Assembly: GCF_964204645.1 (NCBI RefSeq)
Contig: NC_134029.1
Location: forward strand, 21,260,950-21,324,949
Source of the DNA: Tubulanus polymorphus
Lineage: Eukaryota > Animalia > Nemertea
Length of the DNA stretch: 64,000 nucleotides
Direction: 5' to 3'
Below are positions 45,601 through 57,600 of this stretch, piece after piece. The notes under the pieces are model-generated. The model saw nothing but the letters and a program-made list of their open reading frames with translations, was not told the origin of the DNA and ran no database searches. How positions within the stretch are numbered: position 1 is the stretch's first letter; each line of letters starts with the position of its first letter. The position numbers and the translations under genes were made by a program.

Positions 45601-48600
45601 TAGGTCCAGTCGATATGGACGGATGGGAAACTGTACATAATCATAAAAAAGACAAAACGAAATCTCGAAATTCACCGGGACAAAAAATTGGACCGAGTCG
45701 ACTTAAAAACAGCCGTGTAACTCCAAACAAACAGAATGCCGCCAAAGCGAACCAGTTGCGCCCGAATGGCGTACGAACATCAGGTGGACTTAATCGCAAA
45801 AAAAGTCCATCTGATTCGAATCTGCATAATAAAACAATCGGTTCATCTCAGTCGAACAAATCATCGACGAAAACTACCGACGATCGCGAACCGGAACGAC
45901 CGGTTAAAAGCGAGCGCTGCATCGTAACCGCTTTAGAACAAGAACGTCTCGATAATAATAATGATATCGATTCTACTGTGATATCCGTCGACGCGGCGTT
46001 GGAGCAGACCGCCGAGCCGCAGTCGGAGAAGCGTAACGCGTGGGTCGCATCCGGTCGACAGCACTCCGACCCTGGGGCAGCACCCGCCGTTCAGAACGGC
46101 GGAGATGTCTTTGTCGCGGATGAAGATATCGATTTACAAATTCGCACTTTGCGTACGTTATCTGAGCCGGGGTTTAACGGTCATTGTGACGATTTAGACG
46201 AAAATGGTTTGGCATATACCGCGAGTAACGGAGCAGAAATAGCCGGAAATCTCACGGTTGACGACGATCAAACGAAAGATGAAGGGATGGGGAAGAAACT
46301 GAAGGTTAGGTTGTGTCTCGTTACTTTTCTTTTAATCCTTTCTATGCGTCTACACTGCATTGCGGTGTATAAATCGGTGATGGACTTTGCTAGTACACCG
46401 CACTGCGGTGTATTATGTAATTCGTAAACATCTTTATCTCTAACGAAAGATGGCAGCACCTGTCAAACACAGGTAGATATAAGTAACTAATGATACACTG
46501 CACCGCGGTGTAGATGCATTAAAGTGGATGCCTGTTATTTGATGCACTTGGCTGGGAATTTTTCAAAAATTTTCAAATCATCTCCAGCACTTTAGGGTAT
46601 TAATTAGTCAGCACTGAAAGAGTTTTAATCAAAATTCCGGAGCTTTCTCGAGCGGCGAGATTCACGATTATTGTTCCTCTTATGAAGAGACCATGAATTA
46701 AAAAACTCAGCTGCGACCAGGATTCGAACACCTGTTCCCCTTGATTTTACGACACTGACAGCTTAAACCACTACTTTGGTATCTTGGCCAGTTTTGGAAA
46801 AAGTTCTCGGAAATTATTTCTTTTTACGGCTTCAGGTTATCGACGATGACGAAGAAGAGGAAGACGAAGATAATCGTTTGGAAGAGGAGCAAGAACAGGC
46901 GATACAATCGGCGATCAAAGAAGAGGAATCGTATCTGAAAGAAATCGAAGAAGAAGAGAATAACGTGATCGCTGCTTCAATTGTCGACGATGAACCTGAA
47001 AATGATGTAAGACTCAATAAAATTCAATAGTTTTGTCAATTTTGAAATTGGATTTTGTCCTCTCATTGTAACCATACTTGCAGTGTTACCCTATGAATAC
47101 TCGGTACTTTTCATTCTTAATGTCTCTTTCAATACTCTGAAACTATTGATAAAAGAATGATTTCATTTTCAAATTTTGATTTTTGTAGGGTTCAGATCCT
47201 CTTGATTGGGAAGGGATACTCGCTGAAGATGAAGGTACGTAGATAAAGGTTGTTAGAAAAGAGAAGCGGTCGCGATAGGGTTCAAAATCATGAAATTGTC
47301 AACTGAAAAAATATACTTTGGAATTTGTAGCGCGACGAAATTCGCATGAAATTCTGACTTGGGGCGATCAGGTCGAGTCGGAGATGGACGATTCACGCAC
47401 GCCGGGTCGCTGCGTTCACATGCACGAGAAACTGTCGTCGCCGTCGCGCAAACGTTCGATTCGCGAATCGCAAAAACGCCACGAAGAAAAACAAGCGAAA
47501 GCCGAGGAACTTCGAGAAAAACAGCAACGAGATAAATCGGAAAGACTGAAATATTTGTCTAATAAGGTGTGTTGGCTGCGTTTTTAACCATGTCCCTACG
47601 ACTCCTTGGCTCCTGGAAAACTCCTTATGAACAGAAAATACTTTTAAAGATGCTTGAAACTCTTAATTTGGGAAAAATGCCCGAAACGTTTTTAAAACTC
47701 CTTCACAGGCAATTAAAAATTGTAGACTAGCCATAACTCGTCCTTATTTGGAAACAGAATTTGTTTTAACCCTAATGGTAACCATTAAGTGGTTACCTAA
47801 GTAGAAACAGTGTCAAAGAAGAAAATTTGATTACAAAATCACTGAATGAATGGTTTACCAAGATAAACCGGTCAGCGATTGTTCAGGAGGAGTCTATTGT
47901 AATGTAAGTCGGATATAAAAGTGATGCAGATTGCTTCCTCAAAATATGAAATTTTCTCCTTTTAAACTCTTCATAACCAGCAATGGCTAATCCGAGGGGA
48001 CCCTGTTTAAGCTCAGTCCCGACTGTCGTCATGAATGGAAAAAACATACGAAATTATGGATAAAAAAGATAATCCTTTCAAGTGAACTAGGAGTGAATAG
48101 ACTGATAAGCCATTTGTTTTATGCTGTGTTGTAGGTGGAAGAAGTGCGAGCGCATAAACTCGGATTAATGCAAGTGAAACGAGAAACGATGGAACAGAAA
48201 TTAGCGAGAGCCGACTCGATCAGACGTATACAGATAAAAAACAAAGTGAAAAAAGCCCACGAAGAAGAGACGAAGGTATGAATTATACGAATTCTATTTA
48301 AGCTCCTGAAAGAAAACGCTGTAAATTTGTTCATCACAACTTGTTTTATTTCATCTTCAAGGCGAATGAGATTGCATTTATAAACAGTCTAGAGGCGCTT
48401 AACAAGAAACATGATATAATGTCGAAACACCAGGAATCGGAGGCCAGACTTCATGATATACAGGTACGATTTACCAGTAATGTCTCAAATTTGGATTTGT
48501 ATTCTCTACTTGTTAACTCAAAATGTGTGTTTTGTATGATGTTTAGGAAGAAAGACAAAGGAAACATGAAGAAAAAGCAGCAATGGAGGCGAAGGCAGCT

Positions 48601-51600
48601 GTAAGTATGATAGTTTGTTCAACGCAAAGTTTCCTTCAGTTCACTGTTTCATTGAAGAAGCTAAATCTAATCGGATATCATTGCCCTCGTGATGGAGCGA
48701 ATTATTGCTGATGTGATAGCCCTCGTGGCTGGGTTAATAATGGAAGCTGAAAAATTGATGCGCATTTTCTAATCGTCTCGATTTAGGAAAGACGTCGAAA
48801 TATAGAAGCCGAACGAATGAATCGAATACAAGAAATTCAAGAAAAACGCAAACAGCGCGAGCAGGTCGTCGAGCAGAGACAACAGGAGAAAGAGAAGGAA
48901 CGTTTAGAATCGGCGAAGGCTAAAGAGAAAGATCGCGAGCAGAGAATAGCGGCGTTAAACGCGCAGCAGCAAGCTCATATAGAAGAATTAAAGCATAAGA
49001 TTAAACACAAGGTGTGTTCAATTTACTAGTCCTGATATTATCATCGAACACTGCTGCCATCTACCAGTGTTACAATGAATCAAATATGAACTTTTCGACA
49101 ATCAATTTTATAGACTCTAATTTCTCTGTGTAAGGAGGTGGTATGTATTATGGCGATTTTATCCAGGATGACGCATGAAAAAGAATCGATAAGTCTTGCT
49201 TCCACCTCTTGCAGACTAAATTGGATCCAATTTCACAGGTGTGAGTTGGTTGACTCATTGAAAATGCCCTCATTTTAACCAAGAATTAATTCTAACTCAC
49301 ATTTGTGGAACTGGATCCTTAATTCTCGATGAACCAGAACAACCCTTGTTTCGAACTTCCCTCATCCTCGAATGAAAATGAAGTTTACCATTTTATTTTA
49401 CGTCTTCGTTTCGTAGCAAGAAGAAAGTACGCGTCGGCATCAGGAAAAATTGGACGAAATTCGCGAGAAAGCGTTCGAAATGAGTTTGTTGCGCCATTCG
49501 ACCGAAGATCACAACGAAGCTCCGAAACTGACTCCGTACGATAAGAAAAAACTCTGCCACGTCTGTAACGTTCTCGTAAGTTTATTAATTCATCAGGAAT
49601 AACTTCATAATTTGGCGTCTAATTCTCAAAGGTCCCTACGACTCCTTGATTCCCTAAAAAGCTCCTTCAACATGCAAGATGCTTTAGAAGTGCTTGAAAC
49701 TCTTTCCAAATGCCCGAAATGCCTTTGAAACTCCTTAATTTTGAGAAATAGACAATTTGAAATTTTTGTCTAGTTTGTTGTTGAAATAGAGTTAAGGTAA
49801 TGTATAGGAGATAGACCCACTGAATGAATGGTTTATTGAGATAAACGGTACTGATTTAGGAGGAGTCTACAGTTATTGGGGTATGAAAGTGATGCAGACG
49901 CTTCCTCCAAATTTTGAAATTTTCTCCTTTAAAACTCCTTACATCGAGGAATGATTGATCTGTAGGAACCAAAGTCGACAAAAGTCGACAAAAATTAGAA
50001 AAGAAATTGGAAATATTGTTTCATAGGAGATGAATTTATGATTTTTTCCATGTATACCCGGTTTCATATAAATTACCCAGTTCAGTTTCATTAAACCTGA
50101 AAAAGCTCACATTCTAAATGAATCTAGTTTTTTACGTGTGTGTATTTTAGTTGCCGTCTGAAGTTCATTTGTTGAGTCATTTGCGAGGTAGACAACACCA
50201 ACAGTCGATCCAGGACGGAAACTCCGGAAAGGACCTCTCGAAACAGGACATTGTAAGTGATGAAATCTTTCTTTATTACTTATATGTAAAATAAAACCTA
50301 TTTCTATGGTAATGAAAGAGTAGACTGGGCCGATTCAAAGATGATTTTCTCTGTATTTTCAAATTTTGTTGCATTTTTTATTTCGTCAACAAAAAGATTA
50401 TAGGGTTGCATTTCCACTGCCATCTGAGAATTTCAGAATTCTTGCTGAATTTTCCTGAACATTAATTTCGAGCTGACATCAGCCTTGTTTAGCTCTAGGC
50501 TACCCAGCAAATACCGACTGGGTATGGCTTCCGAGCCACCCCTGCTTGATCCGAACAAGATTTCATGATTGGAAATTATGTTTATTTTATCCAACCTTTT
50601 GATTTTATCGCGCCGTAAGTTCAAGCGAGTCGATCAAATTGAATTAAATATCGGGTCGTCAGTTCGGGCTCAAATTCGTCGAGATCGCGTTATCGTTCTA
50701 CGTTTGAAGCGTTGCATGTTTTCGTTAGCGAGACGTCTCGCAACCTCGCGGCTACTTTTAAGATCTAAAACCTTCAATTCATTAGGTTAGCAAATGCGTC
50801 CAAATTGGATTAATTTGCATTCTTTTTGCCGTGGAAATGCAATTACGGGTGAGATTTACGCAGTGCCTTAGGTGAACTACTCGCCGACATATGGGGATCA
50901 TTTTGTTACTGACACCAGTAGAACTGGACCATCAGTTTGTCCAAATTAAACATTTGAAGAATATGAAAGTCGATTTTGAAAACAATTTTTACGTTAAATT
51001 TTTTTCTTCAAATGATAATTACATTTCTATATATTTGATTTCTATAATTCCCTTTTCACTGTGATACCATGTGATACAACAGCGCTTTTTATTGAATTGG
51101 TATTATTACTCCCGGCCTATATCTCTTGACTCTAAATCTTCTTTCGCAGGAATCGTTCAATTTGAAGAACATAACGAACGCTCCGTTGGATCGTCCCGAC
51201 CCGAAAGCCGTCTCCGACCGCGAGCGACAAAAAGCGCAGAAAAAACGATGCAAGAAGTTACGCCAACGGATGACGCAAAGGTAAGGGACAAAAAGATCTA
51301 GAAGCATAGAATAGATGAAGGAAAAAGCATGATTTTATATTATTATCAACTAGAAAGGAGATTTTGCTATAGAACAGGGCGGCCTCTTTCCTGGAAATTA
51401 GGAAAGAGTCGGGGAACTGTCAGAGAATTTTGTAACAAAGCTAAAAAATCAGGGAAAAGTCAGAGAGAGTTTGTTGAGATTGTAGGATCGCGCGTATAAT
51501 CAAATGTTTCCATCTATGTCTTACATGTTTTGAGTGTGAAGTGAGAAAAGTTAAGAAAAAAGCAAATCAAATAAATGGCCACCCTGTACATTGCCCAGAC

Positions 51601-54600
51601 CTTCAAGACTTAACTATAATGACCGCTAAAAAGGACGTACGTTTTAATTTCTATTACGCCTCGGGTAAATTGAACATTCAGCCTCGTGAATTTAAAAACA
51701 ACGACTCGCACTCGCGCGCGCGCGCGTCTTGATTTAATCACTGAGCTTTCTCTCTCTCTTCCTGTCGGTTCTGTATTCCTAATACAATCGCCGGAATTTC
51801 ATTTACGATTCAAAGCTTCGTAATTTGTCAGACATTACGGTGATTAGATTCGGTGCGCCGCTATCCGGTTACCCGTATTGATAACTCTACGTATCGGTGT
51901 AGTTTCTTACCCCCGTGATTAGATTGCTTATCACAATCTGCTCTACATATATCTGCTTTAACCCTTACGACTGTCGCAGAATTTCTCTCGAAACTTCAGT
52001 TGAGAAATTGGGCTAGGAAACTCATACGTCGAATGAGACCCGAATTTTTCATGGTTTCTAGCAAGTGCTGATTTACTTAGTGCTAAATTTTGAGAAAAAT
52101 CTGTTGAGGCCCTAATTTGTGTTTACTTTTCTCACAAAAATGCTGAAAATGCTGACAGGAAAGCCACCTGAAAATGTTTCGTCATAGCATGTGTTATATT
52201 GGGATACCTCGTCTTGATCAAATAATAAGCCAACTAACCGTTGCTTCTGTGCAATTAACATGTCCTAGTGCATGAATGATATGAGTGATTTGACATAGGT
52301 TATTGTATTGCGTTGACAAATTGTGATGATCAGTTACGATGTCCATCCGCATCAAAATGCTGTCAAGTGCTTACTTTTGCTGCTACAAAACCATGTTTTT
52401 AATGAAGGAAGTTTTTCAACTTCTCGATAACTCGCTAATTAGTCAGCTATACGTCGTTCAGGATTGCGAAGGGTTAAATCTATCGGATCACGGGAGTCGT
52501 TCGGTGATGAAATGCGTCCTGCCACGGCGAACAATGGCGTCGGTGATGGATGTTCGGATTGTCTTTTATTTCGCGAACATTTCAACGAGATGAGATGTTC
52601 GCCGCGACGTCTTGAATATCTAATCGTGCACCTCGGTGTTGTTGCAGCGACGATGAATGTTTAACTTAGCGAATTAACTGAACGTGATTCTATTGTTTCG
52701 CGATCGACTCGCCGCGGACCTCGCCGATGAACGCGCCGGCGTTTTAGAATTCGTGACCCTCGTGTCTGTTCCTCGCGTGACTGGCCTTGCGCATTACGTT
52801 TTGAATTTTTGCCTGGTAGGAAAAAATGCAGAAATTCTCCTAATCCTTATTCATTATTTATACAACTCAGGGGCCAGTTCCGTGGTCATGGCTTAGACTT
52901 AAGACCAGTGTAAGACTATATCTTAGTTCTATAGCTAATCTAACAGCTTAACACCAGTCTTAAGATTTAAGACCATTTTTGGACATAAGTCTAGACTATG
53001 GAACCGGCCCCAGGGGTCAGTTCTTTATACAAAAATGGTCTTCAATCTTAGGACAGGTCTTAAGTTGTTAGATAATCTATAGAACTAAGATCGTCCCGGA
53101 CTGGTCTTAAAGTCTAAGCTATGGCGATGGAACCGGCCCTTAGAGAGTATCTTCTTGTGATGCGGGATCCTCTATTTTCACTATCGCTTTTTGTCAAATT
53201 TTTTTGGTATCCCTGATTGCCTTTAAGTTTCTGTAATGAAAGAAAACCAAGGATAGAATGAAAAAAAAACATCTTCCTTTGTGAAATCAGAAATTTCTTT
53301 AATATCCTGTCTGGATAGTTTCATTTCCATTTTTGCGAAACATAAGATCTTGTACTCTCCGGATACTAGCGGATCAACTGCCGAAATTGAGCCGTGAAAA
53401 TTCATAAACTGCATTAAATGTGTTTTATACAGTATTTTGTACAGAATTGCCTCCAAAATCTCAGGAATCTCGGTTGATTCATTGCCTGATTCTTCTTAGC
53501 TGCTCATCAGCCGTATGAATTCTAATGAATGGACCGAATGAATTAGTGGGTCGAGACTTGATGAACTGTTGTCATTAGTGATTGACACCGGTCTCCGTCT
53601 GTCCGCGTCGACGCGGCGACCATTTGTGTCATTGTTGATCTGATAGACTATGCGTCCTAACTCGGCTCGGAGCATCATCGGCGTGATAGAATAGATGGAC
53701 TGTCAACTCGTGATCCTCCGTCGGTTGATATCGGTTAATATCTCTGACTAATGATCTGAATCAAGGTTCGAATCGCTTCCAACTTTCTCTACGTACTCCA
53801 ACTAAAACAAGGCTCTTATATCAGCTAACTAGAAAAACTAATTAACGCTTTACACTAATTAAAGGGGTATGGTCGTAGTTTCTTGGAATATATTAATCTG
53901 TTAAATTCTTTCGACTATTAGTACATGTTAGTAAGTGTTAATGAGTTTATCTTGGATGTGGGTCGAACTTTTCAGTTTCATAAGGATGGCTTAGATTGCA
54001 GTCAAAGACCATCTCATTTCTAATGCCAATCTAACAACGTAAGACCAGTTTAAAGATTTATGACCAATTTTGGACATAAGTCGCGACTATGTAACTGGCC
54101 TAGGGCCCGTAATCATAAAGAAACCACTTACTATTTTACGTTATATAGAAATGTTCTATTTACATGATGAACTGGAGAAAGGTGAACATTTCCCTAGAGA
54201 ATTCAATCTGGGGCCTTTTCTTAAGTCGAGACTTAAGTCCAAAAGAGGTCTTAAATCTGTAGACTGGTTAGCTGTAAGATTGACTATTGAACAAAATGAG
54301 CTTAGACTAGTCTGAAGTTGTTAGATTGGCTATAGAACCAAAATGAGCTTAGATTGGCCTTAAGTTGTAAGATTGGCTGTAGAAACAAAATGAGCTTAGA
54401 CTAATCTTAAGTTGTAAGATTGGCTATAGAACCAAAATGAGCTTAGATTGGCCTTAAGTTGTAAGATTGGCTGTAGAACCAAAATGAGCTTAGATTGGAC
54501 TTAAGTTTTAAGATTGGCTGTAGAACCAAAATGAGCTTAGACTAATCTTAAGTTGTAAGATTGGCTATAGAACCACAATGAGCTTAGATTGGCCTTAAGT

Positions 54601-57600
54601 CAAAGCGATGACTATTGAAGAAGTGGCCCCCGCCGGTCGTATTTCGTGAGATTGGTTCCACTTATTTCCGCGCTGATTAAGAATATACGCTATGCGTCGT
54701 TCAATGAATACGTTCGGCTCATCAACGACGATCATAATTTCGAAAACATCGCGTTTCATCACACGTTGTATTTGGTCAGTATAATCGCGTGCGAGATGGT
54801 TTTACGAGTTTATGAATAGACAGCCGCGTCTGCTACGTGTAATCCCGTAATCCTCCGAACGAGTCGACGCATATTTTATCGATTCGATTGATGTGATGAA
54901 TTTTGCTAGCGTCGCGTATTAAACAGCATCGCAGGTACACAACGCCACTCACTACCCCTCCCCTCCACTCACTACCCCTCCACGCCGCTCGCTACCCCTC
55001 CCCGCCGCTCACTACCCCTCCCCGCCACTCGCTACCCCTCCCCGCCACTCACTACCCCTCCACGCCGCTCGCTACCCCTCCCCGCCGCTCGCTACCCCTC
55101 CCCGCCGCTCGCTACCCCTCCCCTCCACTCACTACCCCTCCACGCCGCTCGCTACCCCTCCCCGCCGCTCGCTACCCCTCCCCGCCGCTCGCTACCCCTC
55201 CCCTCCACTCACTACCCCTCCACGCCGCTCGCTACCCCTCCCCGCCGCTCACTACCCCTCCCCACCACTCGCTTCCCCTCTCCGCCGCTCACTACCCCTC
55301 CCCGCCGCTCGCTACCCCTCCCTGCCGCTCACTACCCCTCCCCACCACTCGCTACCCCTCCCCTCCGCTCACTACCCCTCCCCACCACTCGCTACCCCTC
55401 CCCTCCGCTCGCTACCCCTCCCCACCGCTCGCTACCCCTCCCCTCCGTTCGCTACCCCTCCCTGCCGCTCGCTACCCCTCCCCGCCGCTCGCTACCCCTC
55501 CCCGCCACTCGCTACCCCTCCCCGCCACTCGCTACCCCTCCCCACCGCTCGCTACCCCTCCCCCGCTCGCTACCCCTCCCCGCCGCGCGCTGCCGCTCGT
55601 TACATCTCCCCGCCACTTGCTTCCCCTCCACGCCGCTCGCTAACCCTCCCTGCCGCTCGCTACCCCTCCCCTCTGCTCGCTACCCCTCCCCACCACTCGC
55701 TACCCCTCCCCGCCCACTGCCAAGGCATAAATATTTACCAAAAACCCGAAATTTCAAACTTCGTAATCCAAATACATGTGGCAGAAAATAATGTAGAGAC
55801 TAATTTCTTGATAAATGGCTTCATTTTTTGCTTGATTTGTAATTGACATTCCAAGAGGATGTCTGTTTTAGTAAATTCTATGTTTATATTACAGGGGACA
55901 AGAGTATGAAAAATCACTGGATGTAAAACTTCAAGTTCCCGACTCTGAGCATAAAGCAAAGTAAGTTCATATATACATCTATACGATATATAAGTCGGTA
56001 ATTACGTAATTTGCAAAAATACTCAATAAATCGCTGTAGTACGATGCTAATTGTCTTTGATAGCGTTCATTCACAACCGTTCGAGAGTTTGATTCTGATT
56101 AGATTTCCTAAGCTAATCCTAAACGCGGACGATCAGCTCGTTCGTACCTCGCTGATGTCTGAATCTCGTCGCGTCGCGATTAGGCTCAGTGAATTAAACG
56201 GGAGTTTGAGTAGATAGCTTGTAGTTATTGTAGTTGTACGTCGGGCATTTAAACGTAATCGATCATTCTGATTTTCAGGCAATTGTAACTTTTTTTCACC
56301 GAACGCTATTACTATAATGCACTCCGAATGTCCTGCCCCTCAGTATAGTTTTTAAATTTGAGTGAAGGTTGTATCTTTTCATTGTAATGGCCCTGTATAG
56401 CGTCTTCCAAATATATATCAGGACCCGATTCGACGTTACTTTGTTAAGTTTTGACTTCAGAGTTAAAGACATTTCCAATATTCAGAGCCAAATTCTAATA
56501 AAAACAGTAGAACTGGGTTTTAGAACTTCAAAATACTTAAAAGATATGATCACATACATTAAGAGAGTGAATTTTATTACAAATCAAGATTTCAATGCTT
56601 TTATCGATATAATTCGGATTCTAAGCTTCCCGTACGCGCGCGCGCGGCCATCCTCTCCTCAGTCGAGCTGATCCGGATAACAGCTGGCTCTTCTCTAAAA
56701 TCCACCTTCAGGGGTTGCGCGTCGGAAAATAATAGACTAGCAAAAATCATCGACGAAACATCGGATTAGATTTGAAAGTCGGTCGGTCGGGTATCGAACG
56801 GCGACGACGACGTTTTTCCACTTGATAACGGCGACGGTAATCAGATCAACGGCATCGCGACTTTTCATAAAGGCTCGTATTATCCGGTGAACGCGTAGTC
56901 GGCCGCGTCAGCTTACCCCACGCCGTCTGGGGACCGCGCGTAATCGCATGGTCGAAATTAAATTCCGTCGTCGACAAATTAATTTCGACAACGCCTCGAC
57001 GCACGTCACGGTCGATTACGGCTCGAGCGGCCGGTCGCGAATTCACGTCGATATTACGCTCGGTTATCTGGCGACGTCGGTTTTTTTTTTTCATCGGCGC
57101 GCGCGTCCCGGTCGCGTCGCGTAAGCTCTGATCTCCTGCAGGGACGACTCATTATTGCCCTATTATGTTCACTCACGGTTGAGAATCGCGATTTCTCTAG
57201 CGAGTACTTGAATTACCGATCGACGACTGATTTCTTCTGTTCATCCCTTTACAACCATCATAAATTGATGAATTTCATCTACCACCTCGTGTAAATAATA
57301 GCTATTGTTTCAATCAGGGCCTACGCCATGGAGTCCCGGTATAATGATAAGAATTTTGTCGATCGTACAGCCTAGAAAAGATAGGGCACATTTACACTAT
57401 TACTAGTTCGAAATAGGTCGTACCTAGAACGTGCCGAATTTAGAACGGGAGAAATCAAAGAGGCGTTCGCACACGCCTTGCTACAACAATGTTACAACGT
57501 TGCTACAATAAGTTACTTCAACAATAAATTAAAATTGGTACAGATGCAAAGTGGAATATATTCTGTAAAAAGTTTGATATAAGGAATATAAGATAATTTT

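Noticed and set aside
46700-46795. tRNA gene on the minus strand
   Set aside because: It has A/B-box-like motifs but no acceptor-stem or cloverleaf pairing; treated as a SINE-like fragment.
54270-54600. Regularly spaced repeats resembling a CRISPR array
   Set aside because: The units are head-to-tail with no unique spacers, sit inside a MITE in a eukaryotic intron, and have no cas genes nearby.
54903-55643. 246-aa Pro-rich (extensin-like) ORF
   Set aside because: It is the translation of a 20-bp intronic minisatellite; the unit is not a multiple of 3, the start is non-ATG, and there is no splice context.
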